From: Podarcis gaigeae
Lineage: Eukaryota
Reading direction: 5' to 3' (one strand)
Length of the DNA stretch: 64,000 nt
Assembly: GCA_964106915.2 (NCBI GenBank)
Contig: OZ066918.1
Every line of letters starts with the position of its first letter. Position 1 is the first letter of the stretch. The position numbers were made by a program, and so were the translations under genes. A model generated the notes under the pieces. The model saw nothing but the letters and a program-made list of their open reading frames with translations. It did no database searches and had not been told where the DNA came from. Shown one piece after another: positions 1 through 10,083 of this stretch.

Positions 1-1974
1 GCAGGATCCATACCCACATTAGGGGCTTCCATGCTTGAAAATTTCATACAGTTCTGCTAAATACGTAGTTATAGGTGATTCACCAGTTTCAAAGCTCCAA
101 CTTTAAGTGCAGCTAGCGCTAAAACCCCTGCACGTATTGTCAGCATTTCACTCTCCTGTTGCTGGATGTGTGATTGTTACATCACATGTCTGTGTTTACT
201 TTCCAGGCTTGGAAAGTGTGAGAACGGAAGTCAGTCTGATCTCTTCCGCTATATTGTACTTTTATAGTTACTTACTTTCTCTCACTCTTAGATTGCACAC
301 ACCAAAGCTTCACTTCATTTCTGCCATACTCTGCTGATTGAGACTGCACATATCTGAAGATATGTGTCGCCGGGACTGAAGATTTATGGACGTCCCAGGC
401 TGCGCTTCATCAGGAAGACGCCCAGAGAGGTTTGTCTCATTGGGGAGGGGTGTCCCCCCCAGGCGTGTTCCGACACTTATTTGTCTGACATTTGGTAGGC
501 TCCATCCAATCAGAACAGGCTACTAATCCCAGCAAATGTCATCCAATAGTGACCCCCATGCAAAAAAAAGCTGTTTGTTGATTTCCCCATGGTAGTCAGT
601 CAAGAGGCATGAAGTTCCAGCTGTTTCAAAGGCATGTTCTGCGGTGAATCAGGTGATTTTTGAGCTGAATTACCAAATCAGGAACCAAATTGAATCTTGT
701 ATTTGGTGTACACCTGTAATATGGAAATGGCAGCATGGAAATGATAGGGTTTTCTTCTCTCTCTGCTTAGCTGTATAAGCCTAGCAACAAATTAACTAGA
801 GAAAGTTAATCATTTGAATTCCCCCTATAGTCTATGGGACATAATGCAAATGCTTATAATTCATTTATATAACACCATCAATGTGAACTGAAATTAACCC
901 ACTTCTGTGGTTTCTGCCTCCTAAAAGATCATAACAGAAGCAGCAAGTTAATTACATGATGAAAAATTAAATAATTTAAGAATTTTCAAAACTTATTTCC
1001 AAAACTCTTGAAGCGAGAGTGGCTTGCTTTCAAAACACGAGTTTAAAGGTCTGAATTGTGTGTTTGTGAAAAGATTTTCTCATATTTGTAAACATTCACA
1101 TAGGCTGGAGAATCTAGGTTTTTTTCTCCTAGACAGTGCTCTACCAACATGAACAATCTCAAGGTCAATTATTTTTAAAAATGTTAAGATAACAATATGA
1201 GAATATTTGCAATTCTTGTTTCAAAGTGCAAATAGGAAGATGGATTTATTAGTATGGTGCTGATGGAATAAAAAAAAGTTAGAAATCAGTAAACTATCAA
1301 AGCTTGCCAATGTGCAGAAAACGCTGTTGTCAGATTTAAAATGTATTTTTTTCCAGATAATTAAAATGCTGGTTGACACAAGTTAGGGAAAACTCAGAAT
1401 GCTATGGAAACACCAAAAATTTTAGGTAGCAGTGTGAGTTCATTAGGAAAAAAATATGAAAAGCAACAGCAGCATGTCTTTATTGTGGTCAACTAAAACA
1501 TTACAAAATAGTGAGCAAACTTCATAGGATATCAGAACTCAATCATCAGGCTGGTTACCGTAAGTGCCAAAAGGCAGGTGGAAGCATGATGGAAGAGTTT
1601 GTAGACTGGAGATCTGAAGAGGAAAATCTCCACTCTAATTAGGTTGGATGGTCTCATCAGAGGCATACTCAAAAGCAGCATACTCAAATCTATGGTTTTT
1701 ATGTGAGGAAAATACAGGCAGCAAAGAACTCTGAAACTGTATTGGACAGACCAGAGTATGTGCAAAGCAGACCCAGCTCTACAAGTCCATAATTTTCAAG
1801 CAACAGGGCACTAATAAAAGCAATTTCCTAGCTTTCCCCACTCAACACCACCATTTGCTACCACCCAGAAAACACACAAAATATCACAAAGAGCTTCTCC
1901 ATCTCCATTCTGAATATTGTTGTCTTAAACCTGGAGATAGTACTTACCAGTCTACGGCACAGTTGTTACCAAAG

Positions 1975-2215
1975 TTCCAGTTACAGATAGGTAGCCGTGT
2001 TACAGATAGGTAGCCGTGCTCATCACAGCTATCTGCCAATCACCCATTCCCTCCACCCTTCTGAGTAATACCCCTCCCCACCTTCTCACTATATAGAAGG
2101 GTCTGGAAACTTCTGTTTCAGTGTATCTGAAGAAGTGTGCATGCACACGAAAGCTCATACCAAGAACTGACTTAGTTGGTCTTTAAGGTGCTACTGGAAG
2201 GAATTTTTTTTGTTA
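1975..2215 (+). mobile_element. Penelope-like element pLTR fragment carrying a hammerhead motif
   Basis: Flanked by an 11-bp direct repeat TGTTACCAAAG (1964-1974 / 2216-2226). Shares ...GAAAGCTCATACCAA...GTTGGTCTYTAAGGTGCTACTGG with copies at 3739-4010 and 43369-43468. Starts with an inverted, duplicated terminal piece. Confidence 0.75.
2123..2160 (+). ncRNA. Minimal type-I hammerhead ribozyme motif
   Basis: GTAT-CTGAAGA-A-GTGTGCATGCACAC-GAA-AGCT-C-ATAC: stem I, CUGANGA box, palindromic stem II, GAAA box, palindromic AGCU in place of stem III, UC cleavage site. Confidence 0.7.
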
Positions 2216-3727
2216 TGTTACCAAAGGTTTGCAAACCGTCCCAAGAAAGGTCATTCTGATGTTGTGAGGCGTGGGGGGGGGGATCTTTGTTCACTTTCCC
2301 ATAATTTTATACACTTCTATTATGTTGCCTCTTACCTGTTCTCTATACCAAAAAGTCCCAAATTTTGTACCTTTCCTCATTAGGGAGTTGCTCCATTCCC
2401 TTGATAATTTTGGTTGCCTGTTCTGAAGTCAAATGCTCAAACCTACTGATACGAAAAAAGTAAATATATAAGAAACACTATATACCCTTCCATGGTAGAA
2501 CTCTTCCAATTTTGATGTAGTCTATGGTTCCAAGAGTGGTCATAACAAAGCACCTTTTATGAAGTCTTCCGTATCTATTTAATAGGCCCTTGCTGCTGGG
2601 CTCAATGGAGTTGTGTACAGACTCTTCCTAATCACAGTGACATACATCATAAAGGCACAGGAGAAACAAAACAAGGCTAAACTGAAAAGAACATGGCAAA
2701 TTGTTACTCTCGATATTAAAGTTTCACCACTTTAACAAGAGACACTTTTATCATAACCTACTGAAGTATTCCTTAAAACATTCAGTTGTTTCAGTGACAA
2801 GAAACTTCACTGAGATGCAAATCCTTTTGCTGTTACAGCAACATCAAAAAAGGCATAAATATGACAGGCAGCAGAAAACCAAGTCAAATTAGAGAACTTG
2901 ACTTTAGATTCCAGTCTTCCCATCAAAACAGTAAGCAAAATGCTAGTTAAGGGGAGCAGTATAGAGAATCAATCTAGATTCTAATGAACAAAAGGCAAGA
3001 CTAATCACTAATCCTAATGTTTGGCTGGTACTCTTTGCTTCTGTTTAATAGAATCTAAATGCATCCTCTGTTTCCCCTTCTTTGACTAGTGTTCTGTTTA
3101 CTGTAGTGATGGGAAGACTGAAACCTAAAGTCAAGTTCTCAAACCCAGGAGAAACAACTGTCAGTATTGACTGAAGCAAAACACTAGAAAGGATTAAAAT
3201 GAAAGAAAACAATCGCAGAAAGATTTGGCAGATCAAGCTTCGCATGGCCCTTGGCAAAGTGCCCTTGATGGCTGTGGCCTTTTTTCATTTCCCACAATGC
3301 TTTTCAAACAGTGCTGCTCCAAAGCCTTGTGGGAAATTAGAACAGCTGCTGCTACCAGGTAAGCTACAGCTGGGGGTCAATCGTAGGCGTCAGTGTGTCC
3401 TGCCAGCTGCCTGAGGGTGCCAAGTACTGATGCTGGATCATGTTTGGCTGCCCTGTCTACTGTCTCTGTCTCTTGGCTGGCATCCAATGACCGATCCTTC
3501 TCTCTCTTCTGCCAGTAAAGGGGAGGAGAGTAGCAAAGCAGGAGAGAGAACACGCACGACAGCTCAGTCCAGAAGAGTCCTATTGCTGTTGTTGTCTTGT
3601 CTCTCATCAGTTTAAGAGGGAGGAGAGAAAATACTTAGATGCAGCTGCCAAAGGGCACAGCTACATTTCCCAAGCTGGTGAACTATAACAGAGCTATGGC
3701 TGCTCCTGTGTTCTCTATCCTCTAGTG

Positions 3728-4195
3728 CAGGAATGTCCAGTGTGCATGCACACGAAAGGTCATACCAATAACTTAGTTGGTCTCTAAGGTGCTACTGGAA
3801 GGAATTTATTTGTTTTGTTTTGTTTCAACTACGGCAGACCAACACGGCTACCTACCTGTAACTAGAACTATGGAAGGGACCACATTGAGCCACATGAAAT
3901 GGAAGTCCATCAACCTCACCAGGTATCTGAAGAAGTCTGCATGCACACAAAAGCTCATACCAATAACTTAGTTGGTCTCTAAGGTGCTACTGGAAGGATT
4001 ATTTTTTTTTATGAGGTTTCAACTCCCAAGAGACTGCGATCTACTCCCACTATAAAAAAAAAACTGGCAGTGATCTACCCGTTGGATTTGATTGACCAAA
4101 GTTGTTGGGCTTTTTTTGGTGGGGAATCACGCAATCAACCAGGGACGCTCCGCGATAGACCTATAGATCACGACTGACCTATTGGAACATCCCTG
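3728..4195. mobile_element. hAT-type MITE interrupted by a Penelope-like insertion
   Basis: 8-bp TSD CTCTAGTG (3720-3727 / 4196-4203); TIRs CAGGAATGTCCA / TGGAACATCCCTG. Confidence 0.8.
3739..4010 (+). mobile_element. Tandem Penelope-like pLTR pair with two damaged hammerhead motifs
   Basis: Two direct copies, offset 195 nt, of the GTGTGCATGCACAC...AAGGTGCTACTGGAAGG block. Confidence 0.75.
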
Positions 4196-4867
4196 CTCTA
4201 GTGGAAGAGGAAGGTTCCCCCAAATTGCTATTGTGGGACTGGGGCTATTATTGCTATTATTATTTATTGCGTACCCTTTACGCTGAGGTCATAGGGTTGG
4301 TTAGATACTTAAAAAACACAAATTTAAACACAGTTTAAAACAACTTATGTTTTATTCCATATTGTTTGCATGGAAATCCAGCATTATGTCTCCTTTGTAC
4401 AAAGTTCTATCCTTATCCCATCACAAGAACTTGGCATTTTAGTGCTCATATCACTGGAACCTCAAATATTTGTAGAATGTGACAGAATTCAGCTGATGAA
4501 TAGAGCCAACAGGAATAAAAGGTAGCAGTTTGCACAGAGGACAGGTGTAATGTTCCTATCAACAAATGTCAAGTTTAATAGGCAATATTCAGACTGTTTT
4601 AGATAACCACATCAACATCCAGATAAATATCTTAAACAGGGGGGGAAATATTCATCCATCAATTCAGATGACACATAGAATGTTTGCTAAAAAAAAATAG
4701 AATTTCTTAATGAATTTAAAATTTTCAAGTTGAAACACAATGTATGTTCTATACCACCAACACAAAAGCAATTTCCTGCCCGAGCACTAAACAATATTGA
4801 GCAAGTGAAAAGCAAAGGAAATTACTAAGTTTTCCCCCTTAAAATTAAGTGTTTCAATAAACACCTT

Positions 4868-5969
4868 TTTATTTTTCATATTTGCTAACATTACATTTAT
4901 TTGGTCTACCTTTACACATTTCTCTTCAGTACACGCCACACAATCAATACTGTTGTCGATTATTGAAAACCTTTGCAGTTCTTTGGTATTTTATCGAGGA
5001 GGACTCAAAACACATTATGAATACCAAATGTACAGTTCTGAAACCTGTTCAGAGACAACTTTAATCCAGGATTTATTAAAGGGCTTTCCCACTTGTTATG
5101 CTCCCTGACAAGCTGTTGCTTCATCCCGCATTCCTCTGACAGAAATTTGTTCTGGTTTAACAAATGACTGAAGGGAAATTTCATTGTGATGAATGGAGCA
5201 CCGAATATTTAGAAAGAGAGGAAAAAGCAAGACAGAAAACATCCTGTTGCTTTCTGAGATAAAATGAGGATTACCAGATGTGGAGGGGGGGCAGGCAAGC
5301 ATAGAAGCTTGCTGGTATCACAGTATCTTTTAGTATTAGCCACAATATTATATTTATAAAGAGATATAAAATAGCTACAGGTTAATATACTGCAATGAAA
5401 AGTTCTCTCAACCTAAGAATATGAAGGTTTTAAACTGCATAGACTTTACAGCAGGCAGAAGCTGATCCAACCACAGCACCCCCTGGTCTATTACCTCCCT
5501 CTTCAAGACACAATGCTGCAACAAAGCAAATAGCAAAAATAATGTGGACATTGCCACCAAAAAAAAAAAAACCAAACCACTTTTTTTCCAAAAAGGCTAC
5601 TCATCCAGTGACAAGCCACTATGTAGAAGACCAGCAAATAGAAGCTATCACAGTTTTATTTTTAATGAAAAAATTGAAAGTATACAGAGGGGGAATCAGA
5701 AGCAGCAGCAAAAAAGTGATAGAAGTCCAGTGTTTAAGAAACTTCTCTAACCTTCTCATATTCCACTAAGCAATACGGGGACTGTTCTTGGCATACCAAA
5801 ACTCCCTCTAAATCTAATAATCAAAACACACCTCTTCTGCTGCAGGGCCATAAATGTATTTGATTTCTGCAAATCCAGTCTCCCAAGTTGTATGGAGACT
5901 TCCACATCCCAGGCTGGTCACTACTGTCAAACTAAAATTTTATTTGGCTTAACCTTTTCTACTCTCCCT
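4868..5969 (-). other. SEC23IP: Probable non-coding terminal (3'-UTR) exon of SEC23IP
   Basis: Strong minus-strand acceptor T26-GCAG at 5999-5970; donor TTT|GTAAGT at 8552/8551; minus-strand AATAAA at 5072-5077, 4896-4901 and 4868-4873. The 3' end is uncertain. Confidence 0.5.
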
Positions 5970-8578
5970 CTGCAAAAAAAAAAAAAAAAAAAAAAAAAAT
6001 ACAGAAAGATCAAGCAGTTTGTAGCTGCTCTCTATGATACAGAGCTGAAGTTCATGTCGCAAGCATTTGAAAACACTCTCCCTCAGAGGCTCAGAAGATA
6101 TTTCATTATAAAATCTTAATGGTAGGCTTACCAGGTGCAAGGAATTGCTTTATTTCAACAAATACAAATGGATGGATGTAAATTTGTATTAAAGTAGTTT
6201 GAACTTCACAGTTCTTGCAGAAGTGGGACAAATGGTCTTTTTATTAAACGAAAAGGTTGTTATTGCTGTTTACCAATAATATTTCTTTTATAAAAACAAA
6301 CAAACCACAGCCCTTATGGAAAATACAAGTCTGATATATCAGATTATAAAGATTAATTTGCATGCCACACATTTCTTGAAGGGTCATTTATGTTTGGCAA
6401 CTCTTCCACAAATGATTCAAGGCTGGTTTTTTTAAAAAAAAAAAAACAGGTATGTGTACTCTGAACAGTAGGCTTCATTTTCTTTTCCTCCACCCCAGTT
6501 AATAAAAAAAGAAAGAAAACAAAAGTAAAAAATGATGGTATGGAATCTGAGGGCTGTAGATTGAAACCACTTCTGTCATCTGTGATGAGGGAATTGGAGT
6601 TGCCTCTTCAAAAGGTTGTTGGCAGGACAGCAGAAAGATTAGAAAGGCTGGAAGGAAGAGTAAAAAGAAAAGAAGTTGTAATCTATGGCAAACTTGGTTA
6701 GTTTCACAGCTTATGTAAAGGGCTACGACTATCAAGTTAACATGAACATGTATTGAGGCAAGAGGGAGTGCTGTATGGGCAAATGGGGAGAGGCTCAGGC
6801 TGCCCTGTGCTTCAAATGGCCAACTGCACTACTTGTAGAATGTAGGGCCCATAGGGAACCTTTGAGAATCCTGTACAGACACTGTGTGCATCTGGTGAAC
6901 TGGGTATGTTGCATCCTGATGCAGTATAACAATAAGGAAAAAAAACACTGTCAAAATGCACTCTTATTGAACAGCCAGGAAATAAACTTTTAAAGAAGAG
7001 TGTGCTGTCCTTTTTGAAGCAGCCCAGTAATTGTAGACAGCTGGAAAGCCTCTCTCTCCGCCCCCCAACCTGATGGCATTTATATTTTTACCTATGAGCT
7101 CTCTCACAAGGAGATAGCACAGGATCTGCCAACCCCTCCAAAAAGTTATTATTTGTGTACATTGGATGAGTTTACATTTAAGTTATGCATAAGATCAGAG
7201 ACATTTATCTGCATATTTTAGATGTAGCTTCACTTAGCAAGCAAAGCATGAATATGTCATGAAGCAGCATGAAACAGCATGGTATGAGCCAAACTGAGTA
7301 TATTTCACTGAGTCCTGGGAATAATTTCTAGAGCTATGTTTTATTTGTTTACCAGAGCTGCAACAAGTACAGTTAAAAGAAAATATTAAGATATTAAACA
7401 AATGATGCTTAATATTTGATACCCTGGTTCCATAGTGTGTTTAGGGAACCTAACAGAGCCACCCAATTACAAAGTATAAAACAAACACCAAGCACAGTTC
7501 AAATCATTTAAATCTACACACAAATGCACACAAACTGAGACATTTCCCTTGCTAAACAATACTACTATGTCAATTGAACATAACAGATGAGCTGAAATAC
7601 TTGATAACCCATTGAATAATAATTAAAACTAAGTTCAGTGTTTCAGAATTTAATTCAGCAAGGGTATATGTATACATTTAGGATTTATTTTCTGCTGCGT
7701 TTCCCTGCCTCCTTCTCTAACCTGAAGCTGTGAAGAACTAATTTCGAAAGAGAGACGCTATCTAGCTCCTTGCTAGCACAGATGCTGGCACAAATAACAG
7801 AAGTTAATCTCATTCCTGGCTAGTATGAACTTGCAAGTCACTAAAATATGAGCACCACAAAATTACTTTTGCCCACTGCAATACAATGACTTCCATCTTT
7901 TAAACAGATCCCTTACTTATGCTCTCATAGTTGCTGGGAGAGGGGGGGATCACACTGTCATATTTTTAACAATGCAATGCTAAACAGATACCAGAGCTGT
8001 CATAAGCTTGAAATTCCTTTGACAAGGGCTTTAGGTGTTGCTTCAGTGCAGCTTATGCATGCAGTCATAAAAAGATGCAGAAGTTCTGATTTCAATATTG
8101 CAAAGCAGCACAGGAAACTGGAAGCTTGAAGCATTCCCACTTTTTCTTTTCACCACTCTCACAAATATCCAAAGCACATTGTGGATTTGCAGGGTAAGTA
8201 GTAGTCTAACTGCTTCATAGTCCAAGCCACAATCATGGAGAAAGGAAGAAAATGACTTCTAGTATCCTGCCTACTGAAGTCACCTGGAAGGCTGGGATAA
8301 GGGAAATGGCCTTATGCAACTGGATGGGACAAAAAAGTCTACTCCAGGTGCACTTTTCATTGCAAATGCTACACATAAGGAGACCACCTAAGATATTGTC
8401 ACCTGCACACAAGGGAACAAAGTCTCTAAGTTTCAGCCATATAACATTCTCACATCAATAGGAGCTCTCATCACTTCCCTATTCTACAAAAGGAGAGTTG
8501 TACTCTCAAGTAGGGACAACCTGTGCTGCGTTTATATTGAGGATTACTTACAAATTCTGAATGATGGGTATCCATACA

Positions 8579-8660
8579 TCAATGTTGCGGCTGTTCAGGA
8601 CAAACATTCATAGTTCTATATATTTCTTTCAGGAGAAGCAAAGCGGTGTCTTCTGATTCC
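8579..8660 (-). CDS. SEC23IP: SEC23IP coding exon 18 (stop TGA)
   Basis: (W)[26 protein letters not shown]; acceptor TTTGCAG; 82 coding nt. Confidence 0.96.
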
Positions 8661-10002
8661 CTGCAAATAAAAATACTTGCTGATTGCCAAATAATTGCCT
8701 GCTTGAAACCTTTTTGCTATTCAGCATTTTTTTCCCCAAGTGCAGCAGACACAAATACCTAAATATGTAATCTTGCTGACTGAAAGTTTGCCACTGTGAT
8801 GCTTTCATTTGTCCCTTTTATTGCTTCTCAACACCATTCCTTCCATACCTCACAAGCAATCTGTTGCTGGCAGCCTGGTTTCCTCAACAACCTGCATGTT
8901 ACTTTACATTCCATGACATCATCCATCAGTGCCTAACACTGTACTGTCACAAGTGCAATAAAAATATAGATTCCTTTAGCACACTCATTGAGCTCTGTGG
9001 GTGAAGCAGGTCTTTTCCACCCTCCGATGAGCATAGCCTAAATAGCATTGATTTAAATCGATCTACCTGTTCTACACAACCCAGATTACTGTACTGAGCA
9101 GTTGTATTACAAAATTCAAGATTTATATCATTTTTAGAAGTTGTTAAGAACATCTCCAAAGAGAGTTAGCAGCAATCTTTCAAGCAGTGCATTTAATGCT
9201 AGATTATCTCTCCACAGAAGTCTCACCAATTTATTGCTTTTACAGTTATTTATAAAATTGTCTAGGCACTGTCATCAGAAGAAAAAAAACTAGAGAGCTG
9301 ATGCCTAATAAGACACCCTACAAAAAGGGGGGGAGAAGGTTGGGATGGGCAGGAAAAGTAAAGGTCTGCTACATTAATCCTTGCATATGTTCAACCATAT
9401 GCTGCAAATCGCAGGGAACAAGAGTAAATATTGCACAAATACAAAAGGGTTATATTTGTCTACTACCTGGATAACAAGTGGAGCTCTATATGTAAGTAAT
9501 CATTTGCCCCCTTCCTACCAAACTACTTTTAAGAAGCCTACTAATGTTATAATTTATTGATCAATAGATTTTTTTTAATTAAAAGAAGCCCAAGAGTGCC
9601 ACCTTACGGAGAACAATATACAGCTATGTTTTTGGCATACACCAAACAAAACAGATTCCAGCATTAGTCCCACAGCAAACCCGCACAGATGCAGAACAAG
9701 CAGGATAATACGTTTTATTGCACCACCTAGTCAATTAAAATTCCAGAGCAAACTTTAAAATACTGTTTGGATGGTTATTTTAAATGACTAACTGCTCAAT
9801 AGGAAGTATCCTCATGCACTGTTTCTCAAGAAACATAAACCCATACTTAAAAACACTCCCATCACTATCTTTATATTTTGGACACACACACACACACCAT
9901 TAAAAACAATTTGTTTGTCTCCAGAAAAGCACCCTTTACTGGTACACATCAGGCATATTTCTCATGCACACAAGACTTTCAGTTAAATATTAGCACAATC
10001 AC

Positions 10003-10038
<36 letters not shown>

Positions 10039-10046
10039 TAGTAGTA

Positions 10047-10083
<37 letters not shown>

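Noticed and set aside
347-366. Hairpin CACATATC-TGAA-GATATGTG containing CTGAAGA
   Set aside because: No downstream GAAA box or stem arrangement for a hammerhead; an 8-bp stem can arise by chance in 64 kb.
5892-6140. ORFs with poly-K or poly-F
   Set aside because: Translations of an A26/T26 run that is better explained as a splice-acceptor pyrimidine tract.
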